The notes under the pieces are model-generated. The model saw nothing but the letters and a program-made list of their open reading frames with translations. It was not told the origin of the DNA and ran no database searches. This document shows, in pieces, positions 9,548 through 20,201 of a DNA stretch of 64,000 nt (its first letter is position 1; each line of letters begins with the position of its first letter). Source of the stretch: Barthelona sp. PCE (Eukaryota); contig JAUFOR010000008.1 of NCBI GenBank assembly GCA_040285745.1, positions 1,612,001-1,676,000 of the forward strand. The letters run 5' to 3'. The position numbers and the translations under genes were made by a program.

Positions 9548-11446
9548 ATGCCAAGAGTGGTAACTCGTCACTTTGATCGATTTTCACAAATATGTTTTGG
9601 AGCAGTAAGCATTATAGTTAGTTCTTCTCCGGAACTCAACAATTACAACTTTTATGTTATAAATGAGTCTGAAGAAAGATTATCAATACCACCATGTGGG
9701 CTAGAGCCTGCTTCAAAAAGTAATTCTCGGTTGTTTGAAGCCATTATTGCATCAGGGTTATTCTATCGTCGATTGGTGACTACATTGGGTGATCAGTGGA
9801 ACATAGAGCTTGAATTGGTTCAGGTGAAGCGGTACAATGAGTGTGAAATGATTGGAAGATATAGTTTTAAAGGTCCTCGACTTGTTTTGCAAAATGGACA
9901 TCTACTCAATGATGAGTATTGGGTTTACTTGTTTGAGGGCTTCATATCATTCATCAATCTAAGGACTGGTGAGCTTTCAGAGACATTCTTTTCGGATCGT
10001 GTAGCTTTTTTCAGATTTTTTTCTCACAATGATATTTTGTTTATTGTATCGGTAGCTGATCAGAAGATCTGGCATAATGTTGCGTTTGGAGAGGATGGAA
10101 AGCCGTTTTTGAATGCAAATCACCCTCTTTTCAAAGAAACATATTTTTGTTTGGACGAAACACCCGGTCAGAGCTGTTTTATCATGTGGGATAAGGGACC
10201 TGTTACAATAAGCATATCCGGCAATGATGTTATCAACGTGCCGATTGACTATGAAATACCAAAACAGAGGAAATCAAATGAATTTATTCGATTTCAAGAT
10301 TTTATTTTATTCCGTCGTAACCATACGTATGTTGCGAGTAGAGAGGACATCGATCTGATATCTGAGCTATTTTTACCGTTTTCCGTTGATGGAATCCTTT
10401 ACAATTACAAACCACCGAGTACGGAGTTTAACAAGGTTTTAAGCACTCAAGGAAAAGGGTTTGTTTGCTTGAAGAATGACGAGTTGATCCCGGAGCTGAA
10501 TTTCAATGTTGATGTACGAAAAATATCATACTCAAAAGTTGTAGGTACAAGATATGTACTGGACTTGTTCAATAACCGAAGTTTCTTCTTTCAACCAGCG
10601 CAGCATGTTTTCGAAGGAGAGGTATCGCTGATGAGCACAGGTCGAATTTATGATTCAGATAGTGCAAAATGGAAGATGAAGTGTCTTACATCTTCAAACC
10701 AGGAATACAATTTGTATATAGATAATGTATTAGTGAGTTCGATCGTTAGACCGTCTCATCAGCCTAACATGAATTTTCCCAAGTTTTCAGATCGTATAAC
10801 TGTTCTACCTTGTGTGGTTGGTGATCGATATTTACTGATGGTTGATGACAAGATGATTGCAACGTTAAGAAGAAGCGGTTCCTTTGAAGTAGTTGGAAAC
10901 ACGGTGTGGATTGTTGAGCATAGGCAACTGACAATGATAAAGATTGATGATGATTTTGTTCCGATCAAGCATTACCTAGCTTTCGATGAAGAACGGTTAA
11001 AGATCAAAATGATTAACGAATATGATTCCAATGAGCTGCTTGTTTCTGGTAACAGTGTGGATTCGGGCAACGTACAGTTTTTTGTTAAATTTAACGGTGA
11101 AACAAATTCGTTGGAGAGATTTGAAGTGTCAGATGTGAGTAAGGGGAGTGTGTTTGTTGATAAAGGAGTTCTGCTTTTAGGTAATGATTTACATATACTA
11201 AGCAGAGGGATCATTCGTATTCTGCATATTGCTATTCTTGATGTTTCCATGAGGTTTAGTCCCCAACCGGGTGTGCTGGTGTGTTCAACGTTGAAGCAAG
11301 TGGACAGCGTTGTTTATCTGGATGTTTTGTCATTTGATGATGATTATAGAGATTACAGCCGTTGTTCGAAAAGGAAAAGCGTCATTGATATCATCACTCA
11401 AGGTGATTTTTCAATTTTCACCGAATTTACCCACTTTGCTTGTTAG
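9548..11446 (+). CDS. Unassigned beta-rich 'MPR' family protein, copy 1
   Basis: 632 aa, starts MPRV, rich in F/V/I strands, with NEYDSNEL and SPQPG motifs near the C-terminus. Confidence 0.75.
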   Translation: MPRVVTRHFDRFSQICFGAVSIIVSSSPELNNYNFYVINESEERLSIPPCGLEPASKSNSRLFEAIIASGLFYRRLVTTLGDQWNIELELVQVKRYNECEMIGRYSFKGPRLVLQNGHLLNDEYWVYLFEGFISFINLRTGELSETFFSDRVAFFRFFSHNDILFIVSVADQKIWHNVAFGEDGKPFLNANHPLFKETYFCLDETPGQSCFIMWDKGPVTISISGNDVINVPIDYEIPKQRKSNEFIRFQDFILFRRNHTYVASREDIDLISELFLPFSVDGILYNYKPPSTEFNKVLSTQGKGFVCLKNDELIPELNFNVDVRKISYSKVVGTRYVLDLFNNRSFFFQPAQHVFEGEVSLMSTGRIYDSDSAKWKMKCLTSSNQEYNLYIDNVLVSSIVRPSHQPNMNFPKFSDRITVLPCVVGDRYLLMVDDKMIATLRRSGSFEVVGNTVWIVEHRQLTMIKIDDDFVPIKHYLAFDEERLKIKMINEYDSNELLVSGNSVDSGNVQFFVKFNGETNSLERFEVSDVSKGSVFVDKGVLLLGNDLHILSRGIIRILHIAILDVSMRFSPQPGVLVCSTLKQVDSVVYLDVLSFDDDYRDYSRCSKRKSVIDIITQGDFSIFTEFTHFAC

Positions 11447-11451
11447 TATTA

Positions 11452-13275
11452 CTATTCAATGACTTTAGCTTCATACACAGACAATATATCGATCAAGATA
11501 TCGATTTTAATTTCCTCCTCAGCGCCTTGCACAGATAGAGAACGCACGGTAATTTCTCTGTTTTCACATGTTACCACTTCAATAACGTTATCACCGGGTG
11601 CATTGTGGCATGCACTAATATCAAAGTCGTATGAACGTATTATGCTGGCTGACAGATCATTGTGCAATTCATAAATACCAAATGTGGTAAAAAACCCACG
11701 ATGGCTGCACCATCCGATGAATTCCTCGGTATTGGATAATTCCAACTGTTTTGACGTGTCAGCAATAACATCTCGTACGTAGTACGCATTGTCATCTTCA
11801 TCTATGTCACATATTTCATATACATAAAGGTTACGATCGAAATTATTAGAAAACAGGTTTCCAATGTGGTATTCATTGAATACTCTTGTTTCCTCCACTG
11901 TGATACTTTTACCATCGAACGCAAACGGAATTTCATACCTTTTATCTCGGATAAAAACACACATACCATGGTTATCACTTGTTTGATAACAAAAAACATC
12001 AGTGTTTGTGGTTTCTTCATAATCATGATCTTCGAAAACCCATTCAGCTGCCACATCAGTCTTCTTAATTGTAATACGATTAGACGATCCAGTAGAATTG
12101 CTTTCAGCACAAAATATTGTGCCGAACTTTTTGTTAACGAAATCATTCCAATTAGAATCATTAGAACCCTTTAAGTAGATGCGCTGTTCATCCTGATCAA
12201 CTATAACACTTGTTGGATAGCCGAAGCGGAAGTTTCTGCCGCATTTCTCAATTTCAGTGATATCAAGAACAGCTAACATGTTGTTATCTACCCGGACGAT
12301 TCGAGCAGATGAGTAAAAACGACTGTAAAAAAGTGGAACTTCATTTTTAAACTGATGACGAAGATCAAAGCCAACTGAAAAATCAACCTCAGGTCTTGTT
12401 CTGAAGATGATGTATCCTTTACCCTGGATTAGTGCCAGACATTTCATGTCATCGTTAGTCACCTCAACAATGCAGGTGTGTGCCTTGAACGAAAGTGCAT
12501 AGAGACGATAACCTGGTCGATAAACAAGAATGCTGAAACATTTTAAACTAGAATATGTATTCACACACTGTTCCAAATAGTTTGTAACCAGAACGGAGAC
12601 CGGTTCCATTCTCTTCCCGTCGTATAAGTATGAACCGAGGTGCTGAATTGAATACATCGTCACACAGCAGTTACTGGCAGGAATTGCATCACTCAACATA
12701 TAGTTTTCATCCATTGGGACGAGTTTTCCATCAAAATCAGATGCTACATAGTCGCAGAAAATGATACTATGGTTTTGAATGTATGAAGTGAACAACGTGA
12801 CGCCCAAATCAGATATCAGTTCTTTCTTTTGTTGATCAACTTTCGGATGCAGTGGTGATTTGTAGAGGTCTAACACATCTTCTTCTGTCATACCAGTGTA
12901 ATAAATAGCATCAGGTGAGTAACCAACAATGGTATTTGAATCAAAATTTGGAACTCGACACACGCGAAGCTGCTTTGAACCATCTTTCTTAAGACATGCC
13001 TCTGTAATGCAACATGTCTCTTCATCCGAGTCTTGAAAGCGAAAATACGCTTTGTCACCCACAAAAGTAGGTTCAATGCAATTCGATGGATAAGTAGAGT
13101 TTGTGGTTCTGAAATAATGGTAATACTTAATTTCAGTACCATTTCCCAAACTGAATACGTCCAAATCTTCTAAAGATTCGTTGTGTAGAAAAATTGCACC
13201 ATTTGAAACAGTAACAATACATTCCTCAAGTCCACAGATTGATATTCCCTCCTCAAAACTCTTTATACGGGGCAT
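11452..13275 (-). CDS. Unassigned beta-rich 'MPR' family protein, copy 2
   Basis: 607 aa, starts MPRI, with NNFDRNL and CHNAPG motifs near the C-terminus. Tail-to-tail with copy 1 across a 5 nt gap. Confidence 0.75.
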   Translation of the reverse strand: MPRIKSFEEGISICGLEECIVTVSNGAIFLHNESLEDLDVFSLGNGTEIKYYHYFRTTNSTYPSNCIEPTFVGDKAYFRFQDSDEETCCITEACLKKDGSKQLRVCRVPNFDSNTIVGYSPDAIYYTGMTEEDVLDLYKSPLHPKVDQQKKELISDLGVTLFTSYIQNHSIIFCDYVASDFDGKLVPMDENYMLSDAIPASNCCVTMYSIQHLGSYLYDGKRMEPVSVLVTNYLEQCVNTYSSLKCFSILVYRPGYRLYALSFKAHTCIVEVTNDDMKCLALIQGKGYIIFRTRPEVDFSVGFDLRHQFKNEVPLFYSRFYSSARIVRVDNNMLAVLDITEIEKCGRNFRFGYPTSVIVDQDEQRIYLKGSNDSNWNDFVNKKFGTIFCAESNSTGSSNRITIKKTDVAAEWVFEDHDYEETTNTDVFCYQTSDNHGMCVFIRDKRYEIPFAFDGKSITVEETRVFNEYHIGNLFSNNFDRNLYVYEICDIDEDDNAYYVRDVIADTSKQLELSNTEEFIGWCSHRGFFTTFGIYELHNDLSASIIRSYDFDISACHNAPGDNVIEVVTCENREITVRSLSVQGAEEEIKIDILIDILSVYEAKVIE

Positions 13276-13334
13276 AACACAATGGTAAGGGATGAATATA
13301 AAACTTTAAGCTTTCTTTTCCAAAAATAATGTGT

Positions 13335-16300
13335 TTATTCAACCACGACGCGAACATGACGTGCTGAAGAGGCACTCTGTGGTGGTCTCTCTTCTTCTTT
13401 AGCGCTTGACATTTGATGGACTTCCTGAAGTTCTTCAACATGTGCAGTCTCACTGGGTTTTGATTCTTCAGGCTTCTTGCCAACGTTAGCCTTTGAGCTT
13501 GATCTTGCAAGTGTCTTGAGATTACTCTGTGAGACACTCTTCTGCATCTGTTCGAACTTCGACATCTGTCTTGAGATATTCGCTTTTGAGGCGGTATTCT
13601 GTGTTGCAAATGCTGTTTTCTTACTCAGTTCAGCATAACGCTTACGTAACATACGCAGCTGCTTACGAGACTGGAAAACATAACGGATACCAACCAATAT
13701 GTGAATAACCGTCGCAAACAGGAAGCAATATACGGACCATTCGCCGATCTGGGTCTCTGTGGGCATGGTTGTAATATACTTATCAAGCTTGAGAGCTTCT
13801 TTGACCTCATCACTCATGCTCAGTGAAGCGATCAGGGTAATAGCGATGAAGTTTGCAAGTCGAGCAATAACATCCATCACATTCTCACTGGAATCAGAGA
13901 AAGGACGAGAAATCAAAGCGATGAGGAAGTAAAAAGCAATGACCAAGAAAGCTATAGAGGTTTTACCTCGAGTAGAAAAGGCAAAGATGGTTCCAACCAT
14001 CAGGAAAAACTTCTCAAGCATCTGGATAACCTTATAATAGCGGTAAGAACGACGGTAGTTAGAGTATAGATATGATTGGGCAGTAGAGAATTCACGAACA
14101 GCATCACTCCATAGTTTACGGAAGTCGACTTCAGCTTGGCGAACATCTTTCTTACCTTCCTTACCCTTACTCTTCTTACGCAAGGCTTTGATATCCTTGA
14201 GCTTCTTCTTGATACCGTAATTTTCATCTACATCGTTAACACCACGTCGGATAAGAGCACTGAAAAAGATTGGGAGTGCAAAGGCGGTAACACCAGCACC
14301 AACTAAACAGACCCATTGGAATACAGAGTACTCGTCAACAGCTCTTCCACAGTTCTGAGTGGGGAAGCTCTCAATTACATATTTACCACTTTGCTCAACA
14401 CACTTGAAAGCTCCTAGTAATGTTTTGATGACTGGTAGATAAAGAGTTGTGATCCAAAAGAGTGCAGCACGTTTCTTGAGCTTAAGGAACTGGAACCAGA
14501 AGGACTCCGTGTTGATCTTCTTGTGGAAATAGAAGGCAAACATCCAGTAAGCAAGGAAAGCCAAAAAGGTGGGGAGAAGGAACTGGAACAAAGTGTCGAC
14601 GCCTTCACCACTAAAATCAGCATTTTGCAGCTTTGTGATAAGCTCTGTGTCCGCTACATAGGCGAAAACACCACCAATTAAAACGCAAATCAAAAACAAA
14701 AACAGAGTAAAGCAGATATGTGAGCAGAACCGATGGTAGTATCGTTTATGCCATTTTTGTTGTTTTGGGTTGGTCAAATAGAAGAAATAGAAGAAGAGAA
14801 TGCCCAGCAGAACACCAAAGTATTTGGCGTAGTTGATGAGCTCGGAACCAGACACAATATCTGAGAAATCAATTGATACAGCCTTAAGAATTGTGTTAAA
14901 CACATCAGGTACACCCGGCCATATAAGGGTGGGACCCAAAGCTGCAAGAAGGAAGAAAATCTGATAAAAAGTTGTGAAAATCTCCCATTTAGTAAGAACA
15001 GAACCGTCCGCACGTGCTTGCGGAATGGTAAGGATGTCTGCGTATTCAGGGGCCTCGAACATCTCAAAATCTTCAAGTTCAATGGCGTCCTTACGTGCCT
15101 TAATTTGATCTTCATCGAGATACTCGTAGTCAGCCTCGGTCAGGAGCGGAGGTCGTTCCAAGAAAGAGAGCCCACAATCGGTCTTAAGACGCGAAGACAC
15201 GGCAATAGCATTCATTCGTTCATCGTCAGTGACTGTCTTTCCGTTCAGCGTTTGTAAAGATTTGCACATATACAGCAGCATGAATCGTACAGAGTCGATC
15301 GAGTTCCAAGAGTCAGCAAATATGAGGTGCTTGACCGGTAGATGCGACAGTGCACGAAGACAAGCAACAAAATGCAATGGTTCAATACAGTCCTTGTTAA
15401 GATCGATGGAGGTAATGTTGTTACGACCACACTCGACGCCCTCAAAGTGTTGGAGATACTCCACAGCAAGGAACTCGTGCTTGTCGATGGCGTACGGGTT
15501 ACGGAACCCATCAATAATGTTGAGTCCGCGGAGGAACAGTCCCATAGACTCTATATAATCCTCCGGTTTCTGGAACGCGTCTTCAGCGCAGTTCTTCACA
15601 CGGAGCTCCTGAAGGTTGTGGCAGTACGCCAGCACTCTGAAGTTCTGCATCGGCTCAATAATATTGTTGTTTGCAATGGAGAGGAAGACGAGATCACGAC
15701 ACTCAACAATGGTTTGAGGAACGTTGTAGATCTTATTGTTCGACACGTCAAGTGACTGGAGCATGGGGAAGCGTTCGATACCTGCAATACTGCGGATCTT
15801 CTGATTCCGGAGGGTAATTGAAGTTGTCGTCTCGTTGTATCCCTGATGCTTACAAAGGATCAAGAAATGGAGCTTGTTGACAGCCTCCTGTCGTCCAGAG
15901 TGGTCCTCGAGAGCGGTGAGGCGTTCACGCTGCGTGATTGGTTTGTTATCAACACGAGATAGCTTACAATCAATCGAGAGCATGCGTTCACTGCAGCCAA
16001 TGATCTTCTTACGGTCAGCGCCAGGGTTGCCCGCAACAATGATGGACTGCAAGGAAGGAACAAGGTCGACGATCTTGGAAAACGTCTCTGGGTTCTTGAT
16101 AGCATTGTGACTTAGGTCTAACACCTTCAGGTTCTCGCACTTCTCGATGTTTGCATTCAGAATTGCCTCATCAGTGATCTGATTACCCATGATCGTGAGT
16201 GATTCCATGCTCTTGAAGTATTGGAAATCAATGCGCTTTAAGTTCACCTTTGCCAGCGACATCTTTCGCAGATTGACAATGTCGTTCCTGGAGAGCCCTG

Positions 16301-19025
16301 ATCGCTCGACGAGGGTACGTAGGATAGCGTGGAATTTGTATATTTCGCGGGTTTCACCGAGCACCTCATACACTTCGTTCCATCTGATTGGCGAACCGTC
16401 CAGTTCTCCAAGAGGTGTCCAGGGATTCCTCAACGTTTGAAGTTCACTGATAAACGATGCGCGATCACTCTGCTTGGTCATCCATTTGTGTCCGTGAACG
16501 CCGAGCACCTTGAGGTTGGGTAGAGCGTTGACAATTGTGATTATCTCGTCCTTGCGGAGAAGGTTTGAGCGTAGATCGAGGATTTCAAGGTTCTGAAGAT
16601 TTGTAATAGAAGAATTCCTGAGGGTTTTGAGTGAGTTACCAGCAAGGTAAAGCTCGGTCAGCTCAGCATACTCTGTAAAGTTAACGTACTTGAGATTGCA
16701 TCCAGTGAGATCGAGAACTGTATCTTCTAATCGCTGCTGCACCAAACAGGAAAATTTAAACTCTTCAAGGTCACGGGAGTTGCCATTGTTGCGCATGAAA
16801 AGCTGTACACGCTCATCAACAGAGATCATGTTATCGACATACATCAGTTTAAAGCTCTGGACGTGCATGGGAAGGTTCTGTACGATGATACCACGCACCT
16901 GCTCGTTGAATCCATGGTTAAAACGAAGCGCAATGGCAGTGAGGTCTGGTAGGCCCATTATATAGTCCACAACGGTCGGGATACCGATAGTCTCAATGTT
17001 GATCTGGTTGTGTGACAGGTCCAAGCGCTGTACGGTCTGCGGTATGTCAGGGAGAGTCGTCAGCTTGTTATTGGCGAGGTTCGCAATACGAAGGTTGACG
17101 TACGGTGCAAGGTCTATATTCTCTAGCTGCAGACCATAACAGTTAATAGAACGAACCTCCTCATCCTCGAACTGACTCTCTTCGTATTCAGGATCAAAGT
17201 TAAATGCACCGTCAAGTCCATAGAAACAAGCAAGCCTCAGCTTGAACTCATCAGAAGCGTCTGTGAGATCACGCTCAATAGGGGCGATCTTCATACCATC
17301 GAGGAACGCAAGACGGGGCAAGTTAGCTGCGACGATGGACTTACGATACTGTGGATCCTTCTTCTGCTGTTCATCAGCAACGAGGTTTAATGAAACGAGA
17401 GCTTGAAGATGTTCCATTTGCGTTTTGAGATAATTGAAGTCAATCTTGTTGTTCTGCAGGTCAAGATACTCCAGTGCAGTTAGCGACTCAAGACCCTTGA
17501 CATAAGCCAGACTATTACCGTGCAAATCTAGATAGACGATTGAGGCCATGTTGGTTACATCTGCATACGGTACGCGCATATCGCGGATGACGACGCTCTT
17601 GAGACCAGCCATAAAGGAAGTATCAAGAAGTTGACGATGTCCAACAGCTTGGATCATAGCCATGTTCCAAATCTTGATCCACTTATCCTCCTTCGCAATT
17701 TGCGCCATGTGAATGGCACGCATATAATCAGCATGTGTAATTACATTACCATCAACCTTCTGCAGACCAGGAAGGTCATTTGTACCGGGAAGATGGCCTG
17801 TTGACATCAACAGTTGAGGAAGATAGGCTTGGTTGGAAACTGGGTTGTTACGGAGATCAACCTCCTTGAGGGAGGGGCAGAATGAAAAAACCGCAATAAA
17901 ATCCAAGGTTGCGAGTCTGTTACCAACCAAAACAACAGAAGTCAAGAGATCCAGGTGCTCAAGACCGCAGCCTTGCACTGTTGTTAGGTAGTTTCCACTC
18001 AGGTCAAGATGTTTCAGACTTGCAAAGTTACGAACGTGGAATTGGGTTAAACCAGCGTTTTTAATTTCGATTTTCTGAATCAGAGCAGGTTGCCAGAATT
18101 TCATCTTTGCAATCTCGGGCAGTGTCATAACACACTTATCCCATACACCGATGGGTCCTTCTACTCGATCCATCATGGTTGTCGTCTGTCCGTTTAAGAA
18201 ACGGAGTGTTGGGCAAATCCTTACAAACTGCGGCGTTGCTTGAATCGGGTTGTTTCTGATGTCAAGGAACTCAATGGGGCAGTTCTGTAGCAGGAGAGAT
18301 AGCATTCTTGCGTTTGTTATTCTGTTGCTCGTAACATCGACATAACGAACATTGAACCAGCGGCCTACGGGAAGCCCCTGGAGACCACAGTCACGAAGAA
18401 TGAGGACTTCGATGTTTGGGCAAGCAACGATAGCTTCAACCATTTTCTTCTTTAATTCTTCGCCCGAAATTGCTACGTATTTAATGTTAACATAGTTCTC
18501 AGGGGTGAGATGGATGAGAGCAGAGCCGCTGGTGACTTTCTCCTCATCTTCATATTCGGTTTCAGAACGAAGAGGTCCAAGCCCACGGGAAAAAATTGCT
18601 GGAAGCCAATCTTGTGCTTTAATTGCATCTCTTGCCTCTTCGAAACGATCTTGATTGAATTCAGCCGGATACACACCTCTAATGTCGGTTTCAAAATCAG
18701 GATTCAAAGGTTTGGGATACTCTTCACCTTTTCCTGGCACAACAGGAGGAAGTTCGAAGAGCTTGTTACCGTCAGATGGCGGTGGGCGATTTGAGAGACG
18801 GGAAACAAACTTAGGAGCATTAAGTTGCATTTGTTGCTGTTCAGCAGCTGCACGTTGTGCGGCTTCGCGTTGCAGAATCATTTGCTGGTGCTGTATTGCT
18901 TGCATGTTTGGCATTGATTGAGGCATTGGTTGCTGCTGAAAGCCAGACATTCTATTTGGGTTTGCATACCCTTGTGTGGGAACCGAATTGCGGTACCCAG
19001 CTTGGGGCGCGCTGTTTCTAAACAT
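13335..19025 (-). CDS. Large leucine-rich-repeat protein with a C-terminal multi-pass membrane domain
   Basis: Q/M/P-rich N-terminus, many LxxLxLxxNxL repeats grouped by eight LRR-cap motifs, then about 10 hydrophobic segments. Confidence 0.88.
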   Translation of the reverse strand: MFRNSAPQAGYRNSVPTQGYANPNRMSGFQQQPMPQSMPNMQAIQHQQMILQREAAQRAAAEQQQMQLNAPKFVSRLSNRPPPSDGNKLFELPPVVPGKGEEYPKPLNPDFETDIRGVYPAEFNQDRFEEARDAIKAQDWLPAIFSRGLGPLRSETEYEDEEKVTSGSALIHLTPENYVNIKYVAISGEELKKKMVEAIVACPNIEVLILRDCGLQGLPVGRWFNVRYVDVTSNRITNARMLSLLLQNCPIEFLDIRNNPIQATPQFVRICPTLRFLNGQTTTMMDRVEGPIGVWDKCVMTLPEIAKMKFWQPALIQKIEIKNAGLTQFHVRNFASLKHLDLSGNYLTTVQGCGLEHLDLLTSVVLVGNRLATLDFIAVFSFCPSLKEVDLRNNPVSNQAYLPQLLMSTGHLPGTNDLPGLQKVDGNVITHADYMRAIHMAQIAKEDKWIKIWNMAMIQAVGHRQLLDTSFMAGLKSVVIRDMRVPYADVTNMASIVYLDLHGNSLAYVKGLESLTALEYLDLQNNKIDFNYLKTQMEHLQALVSLNLVADEQQKKDPQYRKSIVAANLPRLAFLDGMKIAPIERDLTDASDEFKLRLACFYGLDGAFNFDPEYEESQFEDEEVRSINCYGLQLENIDLAPYVNLRIANLANNKLTTLPDIPQTVQRLDLSHNQINIETIGIPTVVDYIMGLPDLTAIALRFNHGFNEQVRGIIVQNLPMHVQSFKLMYVDNMISVDERVQLFMRNNGNSRDLEEFKFSCLVQQRLEDTVLDLTGCNLKYVNFTEYAELTELYLAGNSLKTLRNSSITNLQNLEILDLRSNLLRKDEIITIVNALPNLKVLGVHGHKWMTKQSDRASFISELQTLRNPWTPLGELDGSPIRWNEVYEVLGETREIYKFHAILRTLVERSGLSRNDIVNLRKMSLAKVNLKRIDFQYFKSMESLTIMGNQITDEAILNANIEKCENLKVLDLSHNAIKNPETFSKIVDLVPSLQSIIVAGNPGADRKKIIGCSERMLSIDCKLSRVDNKPITQRERLTALEDHSGRQEAVNKLHFLILCKHQGYNETTTSITLRNQKIRSIAGIERFPMLQSLDVSNNKIYNVPQTIVECRDLVFLSIANNNIIEPMQNFRVLAYCHNLQELRVKNCAEDAFQKPEDYIESMGLFLRGLNIIDGFRNPYAIDKHEFLAVEYLQHFEGVECGRNNITSIDLNKDCIEPLHFVACLRALSHLPVKHLIFADSWNSIDSVRFMLLYMCKSLQTLNGKTVTDDERMNAIAVSSRLKTDCGLSFLERPPLLTEADYEYLDEDQIKARKDAIELEDFEMFEAPEYADILTIPQARADGSVLTKWEIFTTFYQIFFLLAALGPTLIWPGVPDVFNTILKAVSIDFSDIVSGSELINYAKYFGVLLGILFFYFFYLTNPKQQKWHKRYYHRFCSHICFTLFLFLICVLIGGVFAYVADTELITKLQNADFSGEGVDTLFQFLLPTFLAFLAYWMFAFYFHKKINTESFWFQFLKLKKRAALFWITTLYLPVIKTLLGAFKCVEQSGKYVIESFPTQNCGRAVDEYSVFQWVCLVGAGVTAFALPIFFSALIRRGVNDVDENYGIKKKLKDIKALRKKSKGKEGKKDVRQAEVDFRKLWSDAVREFSTAQSYLYSNYRRSYRYYKVIQMLEKFFLMVGTIFAFSTRGKTSIAFLVIAFYFLIALISRPFSDSSENVMDVIARLANFIAITLIASLSMSDEVKEALKLDKYITTMPTETQIGEWSVYCFLFATVIHILVGIRYVFQSRKQLRMLRKRYAELSKKTAFATQNTASKANISRQMSKFEQMQKSVSQSNLKTLARSSSKANVGKKPEESKPSETAHVEELQEVHQMSSAKEEERPPQSASSARHVRVVVE

Positions 19026-19489
19026 GGGTGATGTTAAAGATCAAATATATCTTAAAAAAGGGATTGAAAAAATAATACAAATGGTTTTTTTTGGGTTTTC
19101 AGATATGGATAGCATATTGTGGGTATAAATTTGCGTACCAAGGGGTTTATACCTTCATTCTATACTCTTAACGGTGATTTTGAGGCATACATATTTAGCG
19201 GTGATTTTCATTCTGATTTTTTGGGTTTGACAGTTAACAAACAAGCACAAGAATTGATATTACCCCATAACATGATAGTATAATCTATGTATAGCTTGTT
19301 TGAGTAGAGAAATTCTGTTTTTTATTGAGAATTCGATAGGAGTCTTGATGGAGCACATTGATAAGTTAAAAAGAACACTTTATTAATGAGATGTATTTTC
19401 TTATTGAGGCGGAGTCGATTATTTCACCTCTTTCACAAAAATCATTTAATTTATATTTTTTTGCTTCTGCATAACCAAAATACACACAT

Positions 19490-20014
19490 ATGCAACAGAT
19501 TGACGTTATACAGCGAACAATAGAGTTTGGAAACAGAGTTGAATTATGTCAACAAGCCCCACCAGGCAAAGATCCAGCATTCACATGGTATCGGTGGACG
19601 ATTTTCTTCAGGGCAGCTGATGGCAAACCTCTTCGATTTGTAGAGCGTGTTACTTTTAAGCTTCATGAATCAATGACAAATTCTAGGCGTACAGTATCTG
19701 CAGAACCATTTGAGGTAAGCGAATACGGATGGGGAACGTTCCAGATTGAAGTAACAGTGAAAATATCCAGTATGGGTAATTTAAAATTTGTTTTACCATT
19801 ACGCTTTCCTCATCAAACTGTACCTGGGAAGACTTTCGAGTATAAAACCATGGACATGGTGTATTTTGAGGGTCTTACTGCATCACAGGCAGCGTTGTAT
19901 GGGGATGCAAAAGATTTCAAGCCTGAAATACCTGTTCAAGAACTCTCAGATTGGACAGAGCGTTTAAATGAAATCGAAAACACTCTAATGGATGAGTTAG
20001 ATATATATGGATGA
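19490..20014 (+). CDS. YAF9: YEATS-domain protein (Yaf9/GAS41-like)
   Basis: WTIF, VERVTFKLHES and PFEVSEYGWGTF motifs with a short C-terminal coil. Confidence 0.88.
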   Translation: MQQIDVIQRTIEFGNRVELCQQAPPGKDPAFTWYRWTIFFRAADGKPLRFVERVTFKLHESMTNSRRTVSAEPFEVSEYGWGTFQIEVTVKISSMGNLKFVLPLRFPHQTVPGKTFEYKTMDMVYFEGLTASQAALYGDAKDFKPEIPVQELSDWTERLNEIENTLMDELDIYG

Positions 20015-20201
20015 GGATGGTTTTTTCACTGGAAAGCAGTGTTTGTAGTTTGATAATGTGTGAAGATGTTGCTGAGTACGACTATCATGTTTGTATCTAC
20101 CCATTACATCTTTTATTAACGAAATAGTGATAGGATCGAAGTCATAAATTGTCAATAAAAAAATTGTTTGTTACGCATTTTTTCAACCATTACACATTAA
20201 T

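Noticed and set aside
19121-19301. Two 8-9 bp inverted repeats (GGTATAAA/TTTATACC and CAAACAAGC/GCTTGTTTG) suggesting a structured RNA
   Set aside because: Short AT-rich stems with no convincing H/ACA, Sm-site or tRNA features, and expected by chance.
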